From Macrostomum hystrix (taxonomy: Eukaryota > Animalia > Platyhelminthes): a stretch of 64,000 nt of DNA. The notes below the pieces were generated by a model. It was not told the origin of the DNA. It did not search any database and saw nothing but the letters and a program-made list of their open reading frames with translations. Positions 1 to 13,373 of the stretch are shown piece after piece (the stretch's first letter is position 1; each line of letters begins with the position of its first letter). Made by a program: the position numbers and the translations under genes. The stretch covers positions 4,712,001 through 4,776,000 of the forward strand of contig CATNEN010000039.1 of the NCBI GenBank assembly GCA_950097015.1, given 5' to 3'.

Positions 1-223
1 GCTTGACGTTGGGTTGTCGTGAATGTACATCGGCACAATCAGAGATTGTACACACGGCCCCGGCAGTTTAGAAGAGGCCCACACGGAGCCCTCACAATGG
101 ATCGTATGAAAGCGGAGGTTTCTAATCTTGCGTTGGTCGGCACGCAGGGCTCTTATATAGTGTTAGTTAGTCGAGCTAGGCCCCGGGAAACAATCGCGAA
201 ATCGCATTCGACCGTACACAGTC

Positions 224-2359
224 ATGCAGCGCTGCTGTCTGTCACCACATCGCCATCGTCACCATCAGCAGCAGCAGCAGCCGCTACAACTCGCCTCAAA
301 CTCAAAGCGAGTTGTCGCAGCCTCTCGCGCAGCCAATGCCACAAGTAGTGCCAATGGAACTGCCGGCCTGAAGCCAGTTGTGAAGTTTAGCTTGACCGTT
401 GGCGACTCCCCAGACACCTCGTCTTCATCGCTGTCATCTCTGTCGGCTTCTGTCGAAGACTCGGCACAATTAGCGAGTGCGCTGCCGAAAACATTTCTGG
501 AGCCACCGCGTCCCGTCACCATGACAACTTGCTGCCACGCCGAGCAAAAGACGATCGACGATTCTCAGCCACGACAGCCATCAAACACTCGCGAGCAGCA
601 GCAGCAGCAGCATGCTGCGAGAGTCTACTGTGAAAACAGCCTGGCAAGATTTAGACCACCGCCTCGCAGGACCCTGTCGTTTCCACCGCCACCGGTTTGT
701 GCGAGCCGCGCCTTGCCGATTCTCGTTGAACCGCCTGCGACACTGGAGCCAGCCCGCCATCAGCCAGCAGCCGATGTGGTTGACGCCGAAATTTCGCAAA
801 AACCTGTCGTCATCATTACCGAGCTAGCCGGACTGCCGCCAGCTGTTGCAGATATCTTGCCGTCGTCGTCGTCATCTTCGTCATCGGCAATATCGGCTTT
901 GCAAAACGGTGCAGTGGATCGTCGTCGGCGTCGAGTTCGCTTCGCCGATGCGTTGGGCTTCGAGTTGACTAGCGTGCGCGTCGTGGCCTGCGATCCAGAG
1001 GAGCCGCCGGTCATTCCGCGCCATGTTCTGGCGGCTCTGCGACGCCAACTGTCGCTACGAGCTGCCGATGGAGACACAGACGAGTACACGTCGTGGTGTC
1101 TGGATGAGGACTCCGGTGCCAGTGGCCAGTTGGGCAGAATGCCATCTCCGCAGCAGTCGTCAAGCAGCTACTCGACCTGCTGGAAGCCGCTGTTCATCAC
1201 TCAGCCATCGGAGGCGACTGTTGTTCGACGCCTCGGCGATCTACAGATCGCCCTGGAATCGATTCGTCTGGAGACCATGGCGCTGGAGGCGACAGTTCGT
1301 GTCAGAAACCTCGGACCCGTCAAGCAGGTGGGCATCACTCCTGTGCTCTTTTGCTTGGCTTGTGCTCAGGTTGCACGATTTCACAGTCTCAAATTTTTGT
1401 GTCTTCAAAGTTAAGACTTTTTGGTGTCATCGAGTGGCACAGGTTTCTAACGCATTTGCTTCTTCCACCAAGGTCCCAAAGCTCGATTCCGCGGCGAAGC
1501 CACATTTATTCGGAGCGCAGGTGCAGATAGAAGGGCCAAGGGCTTGTCGTGCGATTTGCTATTTACGCCCTCGAGGGCCAACTTCCAAGGCTCAGTGAGA
1601 GTGTACACAGTCTGACGATGAGAAAGTTAGGGCAGATGTAAACATCTGATTGAGCGAGTACCTGGATACAGTATCTGTGTGCGTGTGTGCGTAGAGTCAC
1701 CTAATGATGTGCCAGAGCCCACTGTGGCCTGTGTTGCCCCATGCTAGTATTATTATTGTCACTATTATCACTAGGGTGCGTAAGTTGAGGTTGTAGCTCA
1801 GCAGGTACAGCTCCGGACTCAACCTGACCGACAGGTCTGCAGTTCGAACTTCAGCCCAGAGGACACTATCTGTCTCATTTAGCAAGACTCTTATGTGCTC
1901 CAGCATTGCTGTAAAGAAAATGAACTGCCGTCGCCTGCAGCCCTCCTGAAATTATTATTATTATTACTATTATGGTTCATGACATGAAGTGCTACTGACA
2001 GGTGCAATTAAATTTGGAGCAACGAAAGTGCAACATTCGAGTATGCCCGATCTATTGTGGTGACTTTATCACAAAAAACTTCTGTTCGACAGGTTTGGCT
2101 GCGTCTCACCGACAGCTCGTGGGGAAATTTCACCGACCTGCAGCTGCACTTCGTCGACCAACTGTCCGACGGCGCCGTGGATCGATTCCTTCTGAGCACC
2201 TGCCTGCCGGTCACCGCGTTCTCTGCTCAACGCCTCGAGTTCGCGCTGGGCTTTCGTGTCGACGGCCGCCCTGGCGAGCTCTGGGACAACAATGGCGGCG
2301 GCAACTATTGCTTTGACAGGCTGTCCCAGCTGCACAGAGCTTCATGTGCCTGCTACTAG
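224..2359 (+). CDS. Protein phosphatase 1 glycogen-targeting regulatory subunit (PPP1R3-like, CBM21 domain); exons 224-1327, 2093-2359 (~456 aa)
   Basis: PP1-docking motif RRVRFADALG. CBM21 motifs VRVRNLGPVKQV, RLEFALGF and WDNNGGGNY. GT at 1328 and AG at 2091-2092 give an in-frame phase-0 join. Confidence 0.85.
1425..1975 (+). mobile_element. tRNA-derived SINE copy (intronic), interrupted at ~1745-1925 by unrelated sequence
   Basis: Shares the head (gctcgattccgcggcga), the body (gagggccaac..aaggctcagtga, ctgacgatgagaaagt) and the tail (gcagccctcctg + (ATT)n) with other copies in the window. Confidence 0.7.
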
Positions 2360-2631
2360 CCTGCCGCCGACTCTGTGGTCTATGACTTTACCTGTACCAC
2401 CGATGACACTGTGGCTCGTATGACTACTGAGATTAGCGTCTGTTTTTTTGCTTTGGAATCTTACCTTTCATTTCCCCTTCCACCCTTGGGAAGCAGCAGC
2501 TCAGCATTACCCAATCAAATCAATGCCTCTTGCGACCTGGCCCCTTTACCTCTCCAAAGTAGTCTTTTTCTTTAAAGAAAGTCTTGTCTCAATCTTCGTC
2601 TTAAATTCTTCGTACGACGAAGGTTGGGGTG

Positions 2632-3920
2632 CAATCCTCAGGTGTAACCAATTGATCCTCAGGTGTAACCAATTGATCCTCAGGTGTAACCAATTGATCT
2701 TCAGGTGTAACCAATTGATCCTCAGATGTAATCAATTGATCCTCAGGTGTAACCAATTGATCCTCATGTGTAACCAATTGATTCTCAGATGTAACCAATC
2801 GATCCTCAGATGTAATCAATTGATCCTCAGGTGTAACCAATCGATCCTCAGATGTAATCAATTGATCCTCAGGTGTAACCAATTGATCCTCATGTGTAAC
2901 CAATTGATCCTCATGTGTAACCAATTGATCCTCAGGTGTAACCAATCGATCCTCATGTGTAATCAATTGATACTCAGATGCAATCAATTGATCCTCAGGT
3001 GTAACCAATTGATCCTCAGATGTAACCAATTGATCCTCAGGTGTAACCAATCGATCCTCATGTGTAATCAATTGATCCTCAGATGCAATCAAATTTGATT
3101 CTCAGGTGTAACCAATTGATTCTCAGATGTAACCAATCGATCCTCAGATGTAATCAATTGATCCTCAGGTGTAACCAATCGATCCTCAGATGTAATCAAT
3201 TGATCCTCAGGTGTAACCAATTGATCCTCATGTGTAACCAATTGATCCTCAGGTGTAACCAATCGATCCTCATGTGTAATCAATTGATACTCAGGTGTAA
3301 CCAATCGATCCTCATGTGTAACCAATTGATCCTCAGGTGTAACCAATCGATCCTCATGTGTAATCAATTGATACTCAGATGCAATCAATTGATCCTCAGG
3401 TGTAACCAATTGATCCTCAGATGTAACCAATTGATCCTCATGTGTAACCAATTGATCCTCATGTGTAACCAATTGATCCTCAGGTGTAACCAATCGATCC
3501 TCATGTGTAATCAATTGATACTCAGATGCAATCAATTGATCCTCAGGTGTAACCAATTGATCCTCAGATGTAACCAATTGATCCTCAGGTGTAACCAATC
3601 GATCCTCATGTGTAATCAATTGATCCTCAGATGCAATCAAATTTGATTCTCAGGTGTAACCAATTGATTCTCAGATGTAACCAATCGATCCTCAGATGTA
3701 ATCAATTGATCCTCAGGTGTAACCAATCGATCCTCAGATGTAATCAATTGATCCTCAGGTGTAACCAATTGATCCTCATGTGTAACCAATTGATCCTCAG
3801 GTGTAACCAATCGATCCTCATGTGTAATCAATTGATACTCAGATGCAATCAATTGATCCTCAGGTGTAACCAATTGATCCTCAGATGTAACCAATTGATC
3901 CTCAGGTGTAACCAATCGAT
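2632..3920. repeat. 21-bp minisatellite (ATTGATCCTCAGGTGTAACCA)n, ~61 units, with a ~548-bp higher-order duplication
   Basis: Direct inspection. The variant unit caaatttgattctc recurs at ~3090 and ~3638. Confidence 0.95.
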
Positions 3921-4854
3921 ATAATTGATACCCAAGTGTAAACTATTTATCCTCAGCTTTCGTCCAACGGTTTTAAATCTATACTCAAATTCTCGAGTTT
4001 GATTTCTACGAGTTAAGACCTTCAGTTGAACCCGGTTCGTTTTATAACCTTTTTGCTGTTATCCAGCTAAATTCCGTGCATGATCTTATTCTTCCACTTT
4101 TGCAGCTGTTTCAATTGCCTCAAATTGAATTTTTTGTGCTTTAACAAAAGCTGATATTACTAAAGTAGCAATTATGTATTTTGCTCAATTATTTTTTGGT
4201 TGTTAGCTTACTATAACAACAAAATTTACCTGAAGCTTCGTGTGCGTGCCTTCAGCTGAATCCGTGCTTTGGCTTGAAAAACTTCCATTTTAAAGAAGCT
4301 ACTAACAGTAGCATGAATCAATTTAATTTTCGTAAATTTTTTTATTTTAAATAATCGATTATAATTTTTCTTTGTTAGCTCGTACAATAGCTTTGTGTTT
4401 CTACTTTGACGTTAAAAGATTTACAATAATTATAAAAATGCATGCTTTATTAACTCACGAAAGTTATATTTCTGCTACGTAATCGATGCACTAAAAACTT
4501 TATGGTTTGACACCATCTACGGAAATTCTAAATCTTGGAATGCCAAATCATAAATTGCAATGAAATCGCGTGTGTTTCCTCTATGCATATTTACATTTAG
4601 CGAGCATTATAAAATTCAATTCTTTGTTATGACCGGCAAACCTTAATTATATTTTTACTACAATTATTTGTCTGAATGTCAAATAAATATTATTTTATTT
4701 TATTACTTCCGTTCAGAATGGTCTGTAAACCTTGGACAGTTCCATCCCTTTGTTAACCAGGTTTAGGTATTTACGACGAATTTATCATTTGATTTAACGA
4801 CAAAAAATTTTTTACTTTTTTCTCCGCTTCAAGGTAGATTGCAACCCTATAGTT

Positions 4855-5975
4855 TAAATTCCAGGTAAGATTACCCACCCACCACCCACCACACTCCCTA
4901 GTCCTATTCACCCACCTCACTTCCAAGTCCCAATCAACCACCTCACTCCCCAGTCCCAATCAACCACCTCACTCCCCAGTCCCAAACACCCACCTCAATC
5001 CCCAATCCTAATCACCCAAATCACTCCCCAGTTCCAAATACCCACCTCACTCCCCAGTCCCAAACACCCACCTCACTCCCCAGTCCCGAATACCCACCTC
5101 ACTCCCGAGTCCCAAACACCCACCTCAATCCCCAGTCACAAGCACCCACCTCACTCCCCAGTCCCAATCAACCACCTCACTCCCCAGTCCCAAACACCCA
5201 CCTCACTCCCCAGTCACAAGCACCCACCTCACTCCCCAGTCCCGAATACCCACCTCACTCCCCAGTCCCAAACACCCACCCCACTCCCCAGTCCCGAATA
5301 CCCACCTCACTCCCCAGTCCCAAACACCCACCTCACTCCCCAGTCCCAAACACCCACCTCACTCCCCAGTCACAAATACCCACCTCAATCCCCAATCCCA
5401 AATACCCACGTCACTCCCCAGTCACAAACACCCACCTCACTCCCCAGTCACAAGCACCCACCTCACTCCCCAGTCCCGAATACCCACCTCACTCCCCAGT
5501 CCCAAACACCCACCCCACTCCCCAGTCCCGAATACCCACCTCACTCCCCAGTCCCAAACACCCACCTCACTCCCCAGTCCCAAACACCCACCTCACTCCC
5601 CAGTCACAAATACCCACCTCAATCCCCAATCCCAAATACCCACGTCACTCCCCAGTCACAAACAGCTACCACACTCCCCAGTCCTAAACACCCACCTCAC
5701 TCCCCGGTCCCAAACAGCTATCACTCTCCCCAGTCCCAAACACCCACCTCACTCCCCAGTCCTAAACACCCACCTCACTCCCCAGTCCCAAACACCCACC
5801 TCACTCCCCAGTCACAAATACCCACCTCAATCCCCAATCCCAAATACCCACGTCACTCCCCAGTCACAAACAGCTACCACACTCCCCAGTCACAAACAGC
5901 TACCACACTCCCCAGTCCTAAACACCCACCTCACTCCCCCGGTCCCAAGCAGCTATCACTCTCCCCAGTCCCAAT
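4855..5975 (+). repeat. ~26-bp C-rich minisatellite (CACCCACCTCACTCCCCAGTCCCAAA)n
   Basis: Direct inspection. A related array lies in reverse orientation at ~7470-8030. Confidence 0.9.
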
Positions 5976-6831
5976 TGCTCATAACACGCAACCTCTTTGG
6001 TCTAAGCGAGTCCATGCAAACTTTAATTGTCTGTCCCTGCTCTTCAGTTATTCCTGTACTTTTAACATTCTTCTTTTGCGGTTCGAATATTTTTGCGGCA
6101 TTGATCAGTAAAAGATTCAGAAATTCCTGCCTGAAATTTAGTCCCAGCAAAGTGCGTGACTCTAAGCTGCCACTGTCTAGTGAACTTTAGAAGAAATTTA
6201 GCACCTCGACTCCAAAGTCGGGGTCAGTCTGATTCTTCTCTCCAAGCATATTCAGCGAGAATGTATTTTGAAGTGTTTCACACAATCACTGGTCAACTGG
6301 TTCGCACAATGCCCCCCAAAGATAGCATTTTTAACTCCCGTAATTTTTCATTCCGCTTGACGCAAAAGGCAGCGGCCTGAGCATTTGTTGAAAATCGTTA
6401 ATCGAAATCGTTCTTAGTCCAAGAGAAGATGTTCTTATCAGCGTCAGAGACAGCCCGGGTGATAACACCACTCTTGGAGGGTCCCGAGAGTGGCCCCAGC
6501 CGTCCGAATGCCGTCAGAGTCACGCGCCGGGCCTGTGAACTGATCGAAGCCGATAAAGTGGAAAGGGATTGACCAGGCCACAGGACTGGACACGACTGTA
6601 AAAGGCCGACAAACGAGGTGTGAACTGTTGCTGAAAGGAGCGCCTGCTTTGATAAGCCACTTTAAAGGACCGCTAATTGTGTCCAGTGACCAGGTAATTA
6701 CCTTGTCGGCTAGAATTGACTCAAAAGTGGACAAGGTCAATCGGTCAGTTATTTAGGTTTCGGTTTCTCTTATTTAACTACAGTCGTTGGTAGGTCAGCA
6801 AAAGAACATTTGCAAACTCAACTCCGCAGAA

Positions 6832-9800
6832 ATGACTTCCGGCAAGGACTTGCAGCTGAACCTCTCTCTGGAGGTGGTCCCGGAGGTCAGCGAAACACGC
6901 CTGAGCTCGAAGACGTCACCGCCGAGGGACAGTCTGCGCCTGGTGTACATCGCCTTTTTACTCCACGGCGTTGGCATCCTGCTGCCATGGAACTTGTTCA
7001 TCAACGCCAAGGAGTACTTCGAGAACTACAAGCTCAATACGAACATCTCGCGAGAGGCGGACTACAGGCACAACTTCATGAACTACATCGGCCTGGGCTC
7101 GCAACTGCCGAACATGCTCATGCTGGCCTGTAATGTGTTCTTTCAGCCCCTGACAACCGGCTCCAAGCAGCAGCAGACCACCAGCAAGAATGCGGCCCGC
7201 CGCATCATGCTGGTCATTCTCATCGAGATCTGTGTCTGCGTCACCACCGTCATTATGGCCCTGGTGGACACCACGGAGAGTCCGAGGCTGTTCTTTGACA
7301 TCACGCTGATCAGTGTCATCGTGCTGAACTGCTGCACCGGAGTTTATCAGTCCTCGGCCTTTGGCATGGCTGGCGTTCTGCCCATGAACTATTCGAGCGC
7401 TATCGTGCTTGGTATGCTTGGCAGATACGCTTTGCTGTTTAATTATACGACAGGTGTTGTAGCCAGAAGTGTGATAGCTGTTTGGGACTGGGGTGTGAGG
7501 TGGGTGTTTGGGACTGAGGTGTTGAGGTGGGTGTTTGGGACTGAGGTGTGAGGTTGGTGTTTGGGACTGGGGTGTGAGGTGGGTGTTTGGGACTGAGGTG
7601 TGAGGTGGTTGTTTGGGACTGAGGTGTGAGGTGGGTGTTTGGGACTGGGGTGTGAGGTGGGTGTTTGGGACTGAGGTGTGAGGTGGGTGTTTGGGACTGA
7701 GGTGTGAGGTGGTTGTTTGGGACTGAGGTGTGAGGTTGGTGTTTGGGACTGGGGTGTGAGGTGGGTGTTTGGGACTGAGGTGTGAGGTGGTTGTTTGGGA
7801 CTGAGGTGTGAGGTGGGTGTTTGGGACTGGGGTGTGAGGTGGGTGTTTGGGACTGAGGTGTGAGGTGGGTGTTTGGGACTGAGGTGTGAGGTGGGTGTTT
7901 GGGACTGAGGTGTGAGGTGGGTGTTTGGGACTGAGGTATGAGGTGGTTGTTTGGGACTGAGGTGTGAGGTAGCTGTTTGGGACTGGGGTGTGAGGTGGAT
8001 GATGTGTGGATAATCTTACCTGGAAATTTAGCTACATCAGCTGCACATCTGGCCAAAATTCGGGTAGGGAAAATAACTTTTATTATCATTTTTACCTCAG
8101 GATTCGTTTAAGACTAGGAAGAGTACGTTTGACATTCAAAGCACTCGTGAGGAAATTAAATGGAACATTTAATTTACAATATATCTTATCGAATAAAAGA
8201 GAATGAGTACTTTTATATTACAAAAACACTCACAAAGTTCCTTGTAATTACAATAAGTTTTAATGTTCGCTCCTTATTTTGCAGTTGCACAGTAGGTGTA
8301 ATTAAAATATTTTAACAAGTAAAGAACAAATTCACTTTTGCGCTAATGGTACCAATCTAAAATAATTCTACGTAAATTCCTGGATCATAAATGCTCTTTT
8401 GGAGAATCGTTCATGACAACCAACAACTGTAGGCTCTGATTCCAAAATCACCCCGCCAACCAGGCAACAACTTCTGCGGCACGGTCGTGGCCATTGTGAA
8501 CCTGCTGAGTCGCCTGGCCTCATCGCAGGATCTGCAGATGACGGCCGTGGCATACTTCTCCTTCTCGGTGCTGCTGCTGCTGCTCTGCTTCTCCTCGCTG
8601 GTTTTGCTGCCCAGGCTGCGCTTCTACAAGTACTTCCAGCAGCCGCCGTCGCGTTCGACTGGTAAGGCTTTCGAAAACGGCGCCACCAACAACTGTCTTC
8701 TAGAGGAGCAGTCCTTGACCAAGATCGAGAACGACCAGCTAGCCGATGGAAGCGGCAACGACAGCGGCTGCTGCGGAGAGAATCTGAACACCCTCAAGGT
8801 CTGCTGCGCCCTGTGCTGCGTTCGCAAACAACCAATGTCTGCGTGCTCAAGGTGCGTTCCAGATAACGCTTAAACATTCTGTGAGGACGTACAGGATATT
8901 TAATCCCTTGCATTCCGGGGCGAGTAGCTGAGCGGTCTAACGCGTTTGTCTCTCACACCAATGTTCCTGAGCTCGATCCCGCGTCGAGGCCAATTTTGCG
9001 CGCAGCCTCGGAGAGAAGGCTTGGGGGCTTGACGTGCAATTCACGTCATCGAGGGCCAACCAGCAAGGCTCAGTGAAGGTGTACACTGCTTGACGATGAG
9101 AAAGTCAGGGCAGATGTACACACCTGTTTGATAGTGTGCATGCGTACAGAATCAGTGTGAGTGTGGGGGATCAACGGCAAGGGCAGAGCTTCATTCTCGC
9201 TGCGGGTCTAGAGTCACCAAATGATGTGCCATTGCCCGCAGCCCTCATGCAGATAATATTGCTGTGATATTATTTGGCTCCTATTATAAATTTCTCGCCC
9301 CCGGTTCCTGGCAGATACTGGAAGCGCTACCTGTCAGCCTTCAGAGAGTGCTGGGTGCACTGCCTGAGCGTTTGGTCGACCTTCTTCTGCACTCTGGCCT
9401 GCTTCCCAGCCGTGCAGTCGGCCATCCGGCCGGCGCAGCTGCTCGGCATCGATGCCTGGTTCACCGACATCTTCGTGTTCCTCGGCTTCAACCTGTTCGC
9501 CATGCTGGGCAGCCTGGCCTCCAACTTCGTGCAGTTCCCGACGCCGCGGTGGCTGGCCCTGGCCGTGTGGATTCGCACGTTTATCTTCATTCCTTTCTTC
9601 GTCATGTGCAACTGCTTCCCGAACAACCGCGCCCCGATGTTCCCCGTGGTCATCGCCAACGACTACATCTTCATCGCCGGCATGGTAGTCTTCGGCTTCA
9701 CCGGCGGCTACTTCAGCGCCCTGTGCATGATGTACGCGCCAAGGGACGTCAAGAAGATCAAGTACGCCGGTCTAGCCGGCATGGTGTCCTCCTTCTTCCT

Positions 9801-9867
9801 GGTTTCTGGAATCTTCTGTGGAGTAGCCTTCGGCGGTGTTCTGTTCAATGTCGTGCAGGCGCACTGA
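6832..9867 (+). CDS. Equilibrative nucleoside transporter (SLC29/ENT family); exons 6832-7411, 8464-8851, 9315-9867 (~506 aa)
   Basis: ENT motifs GVGILLPWNLFINA, YQSSAFG, spliced G-NNFCG, TLACFPAV, FNLFAMLG and GFTGGY; many hydrophobic helices. GT/AG junctions keep frame (phases 1 and 2). Confidence 0.92.
7470..8030 (-). repeat. ~26-bp G-rich minisatellite (GTGTTTGGGACTGAGGTGTGAGGTGG)n in ENT intron 1; inverted relative of the 4855-5975 array
   Basis: Reverse-complement unit CCACCTCACACCTCAGTCCCAAACAC versus CCACCTCACTCCCCAGTCCCAAACAC. Confidence 0.9.
8917..9255 (+). mobile_element. tRNA-derived SINE, near full-length copy
   Basis: A-box-like TAGCTGAGCGG, B-box-like GAGCTCGATCC, internal hairpin GTGTACA..TGAC-GATGAGAAA-GTCA..TGTACAC, 3' end cccgcagccctc. 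Confidence 0.8.
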
Positions 9868-10299
9868 AACATGCTGGAAACATGCTGGAAACATGCTTGA
9901 AACATGCTTGAAACATGCTGGAAACTTGGCCTAGCGTTAGAAAATGCCTAGCGCTGCTTTGCCCAGCTTGAGCGTTATGTCAACATGCGTCTCTCGCTTA
10001 CTAACCGTGTTCAGCTTCGTCATTTGTTAATCCTTTTAGCATATCCGAGCGCTTTGAATGCTGTATTTTAGACTCTCGTAGACTTGCCCCTACAAACTAC
10101 TATTGGTACACTTTTATGCACTGTTTTCAAATTTCCAATCACTTCACTGGAAATGAAAACGTTGTCATCGCATTAGTCAAGTGATATATTACAAGCTATA
10201 TGACATATGCATCTGTTGGACCAAATAAAGAAAAAAACAAAACATTAATTTTAAGATATACATTGCCACGCAATGCTTGTTAAGCGCTTTACGCGGGCA

Positions 10300-10960
10300 G
10301 TCCCAACAAAAATCCCAATCAAGATCCCTACTAAGATCCCAAGCAAGATCCCTACGAAGATCCAAATGAAGATCCCTACTAAGATCCCAATCAAGATCCC
10401 TACGAAGATCCCAAGCAAGATCCCTACGAAGATCCAAATGAAGATCCCTACTAAGATCCCAATCAAGATCCCTACGAAGATCCCAATCAAGATCCCTACG
10501 AAGATCCAAATGAAGATCCCTACTAAGATCCCAATCAAGATCCCTACGAAGATCCCAATCAAGATCCCTACGAAGATCCCAAGCAAGATCCCTACGAAGA
10601 TCCAAATGAAGATCCCTACTAAGATCCCAATCAAGATCCCTACGAAGATCCCAATCAAGATCCCTACGAAGATCCAAATGAAGATCCCTACGAAGATCCC
10701 AATCAAGATCCCTACGAAGATCCAAATGAAGATCCCTACGAAGATCCCAATCAAGATCCCTACGAAGATCCCAATCAAGATCCCTACGAAGATCCAAATG
10801 AAGATCCCTACGAAGATCCCAATCAAGATCCCTACGAAGATCCCAATCAAGATCCCTACGAAGATCCAAATGAAGATCCCTACGAAGATCCCAATCAAGA
10901 TCCCTACGAAGATCCGAATGAAGATCCCTACTAAGATCCTAGACGAAATCCCAAGCAACA
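10300..10960. repeat. 12-bp-unit minisatellite (AAGATCCCTACG / AAGATCCCAATC / AAGATCCAAATG) with higher-order patterning
   Basis: Direct inspection; explains the spurious KIPT/DLRR ORFs. Confidence 0.95.
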
Positions 10961-11612
10961 CCCAATCAAAATCCCACTTTTGACAGCGTTACCTGTTGCT
11001 GTTGTGAGGGCATAGGCACAGTATAGAGATAAATATCAGAGTGGTAATTAGTTTGAATTCACCCTTCAATGAAACCCATGTCCACATATTTGCAGACATC
11101 AGTTAGTGGCACGACAGCGAAAGTTATAAAAAATGACCGACCCGTTCAGGTGCGGTCGCGCAATGATTGCACAGCAACTACATGCAGTTTAAAGCTTGAC
11201 ATAAAGTTATTTGGAATCGAGATTGTCGAGTTACGCAACAATATTTTGATAATCAACCTGACCCACACCAATTATGTCTTGCTTATTTAAGCAAGGTCGA
11301 AGCCCAGCTGATTGAAGCTCATTTCCTTTCGAGGCTAAAATTAAAAAATACACAAGAGAGCCAAAATACATTCCAATGTTCAAAGCAGATTGTGCCATCT
11401 CATTGTTAATCTGCTCTGCGCTGGTCTCTGCGGTCCAAGGCATTCCCATTGAGATGAGGAATCAGGGGTGAGTTTTAGATCACAAGGAATATTTTGTCAA
11501 ACATGCAAAACGATTTCTGACCGGTAGACAATTTAACAGGTAAATCTAGTCCAACAAGTGCATTCTTGCCAATTGAATTCAATTCTATCTAACAGGTGTA
11601 TTCATGCTCGAC

Positions 11613-11912
11613 AGGGGATAAGTGGGTGAGCAGCAGAGCGGTCTAACGCGATTGCCTCTCAAACCAACGTCCCTGAGCTCGATTCCGCGGCGAGGCCACA
11701 TTTATTTGGGGCGCCGGCTTGGGGGCTTGTCGTGCAATTTACGCCCTTGAGGGCCAACCACCAAGGCACAGTGAAAGTGTACACTGCCTGACGATGAGAA
11801 AGTCAGGACAGATGTACACACCTGTGTGAGTGTGTGCTCTGGCATCAGCGGAATGAATTCTCACTGCGGGTCTAGTGTCACCGAATGGTGTTCCGTTGCC
11901 CGCAGCCCTAAA
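11613..11912 (+). mobile_element. tRNA-derived SINE copy
   Basis: Same head, body and tail as 8917-9255. Confidence 0.8.
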
Positions 11913-11994
11913 AAAACTCTATTTTTATTAACAGTTTTGATTCTGTCTAACAGACAGCTCAGGAAATTCAGGCCATTGAATAATAGTAAATAAT

Positions 11995-12350
11995 AATTGA
12001 AGGAGGGCTGAGGGCAATGGCGCATCATTCGGTGACACCAGAGCCGCAGCCAGCGAGGAGGCAATTCTGCCCGTTTCACTGACTCCTGAGCACACACACA
12101 CACACAAATACTGTACGCAGGTACACGCTCACACAGGTGTGTACATCTCCCTTGACTCCTTCATTGTCAAGCAGTGTACACTCTCCCAGTGCCTTGGAGG
12201 TTGGCCCTCAGGGGCGAAAAATTGCACGACAAGCCCCCAAGGCTTCACTGCGCGGCCGCGCCCCAAAGTAATGTGGCCACGCCGCGGAATCGAACTCAGG
12301 GACCTGGTGCGAGAGGCAGACGCGTTAACCACTCTGCCACCGACCCCCTC
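11995..12350 (-). mobile_element. tRNA-derived SINE copy (reverse), tail-to-tail with the 11613 copy
   Basis: Reverse complement of the family: ggagggctgagggcaatgg...ccgcggaatcgaactcaggg. Confidence 0.8.
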
Positions 12351-12887
12351 AGGCCATCGAATTCGCCTGTTAATTTTAAAGCCAGCATTAATGTCTAAAA
12401 TATTTGCTAAAGTCCTCATCATCTCAAGCTGCCCAATCGCCAATCTTCAGGGACCGCCTGATCGTGTTCATCCCGAGCAATCAGGAGCAGCTGGACTGGC
12501 TGGTGGCGCTGAACTCGCAAGCCGGGCAGGCGGGACAGATTGGCCAGAATGTGAGCTCACGAGGCGGCTTTTCTCTCATAAAAAATGTAAAAAAAATGTG
12601 CCAATTCCAACCTCAACAAGAGAATCGCGGATCCCAAGGCGCCCGCCAATCAGCTTTTCGTTTTTCCCGATCCTTATCTAGTTATCCCAATCAGGTACTA
12701 CTAAAGTAGTAGTAGTCGCTAACTCCCAGTGGTCAATGATTCCGATCTCCATTTCGTTTTCCCTGGTGCTCATCCATTTCAATTCCAAAATAATTCCAAT
12801 TAATCCCAGTCATTAATAGCTGTTGCAGACCTTCCTAAGACATCCCTATCGTCACACAAGAAGGTCTTTATTATAGTACGAGTATAT

Positions 12888-13092
12888 TAATTGCAGGAGG
12901 GCTGCGGGCAATGGCACATCATTTGGTGGCACTAGACCCTCTGCAAGCGAGGTGGCAATTCTGCCCATTTCGCTGACCCCCGAGCACACCGCACACAGAT
13001 ACTGCATGCAGGCACCCGCTCACACAGGTGTGTACATCTGCCCTGACTTTCTCAGCGTCAGGCAGTGCACTCGCTGCGCCTTGGAGGTTGAC
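12888..13092 (-). mobile_element. SINE 3' half (reverse); a matching 5' half lies at ~13495-13590
   Basis: gcaggagggctgcgggcaatggcacatcatttggtg...gtgtacatctgccctgactttctc, with the head gccgcggaatcgagctc at ~13561. Confidence 0.7.
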
Positions 13093-13212
13093 ACCTAATA
13101 GTAGAAATACCACTCTATTTTTCGCCCGGGGAAAGACCACAGGGAAGGGGTATTTCAAAAACCCACTGCCTACTTCGTGATAGCTCCCAAACCGAATGAC
13201 CGATTTGCAAAC

Positions 13213-13373
13213 CACTAAACAACACTGTTTAGGACCACTAAACAACACTGTTTAGGACTAATAAACAACACTGTTTAGGACCACTAAACAACACTGTTTA
13301 GGACCACTAAACAACACTGTTTAGGACCACTAAACAACACTGTTTAGGACCACTAAACAACACTGTTTAGGAC
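13213..13373. repeat. 23-bp minisatellite (CCACTAAACAACACTGTTTAGGA)n with internal inverted repeat
   Basis: About 7 units; CTAAACA-ACAC-TGTTTAG hairpin in each. Confidence 0.9.

Noticed and set aside
2448-3924. Long repetitive ORFs here and at 10189-10983, 17662-18465, 26018-27482, 40373-40999 and 60274-60835
   Set aside because: They are by-products of stop-free tandem repeats with no domain content.
8917-8992. SINE heads as genuine tRNA genes
   Set aside because: Acceptor and anticodon stems are degenerate, and each head is followed by the same SINE body.
11785-11812. CTGACGA..GAAA in the SINE as a hammerhead ribozyme core
   Set aside because: Only 3 nt separate CUGACGA from GAAA, so there is no stem II. 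CTGAC instead pairs with the downstream GTCAG in a simple hairpin.
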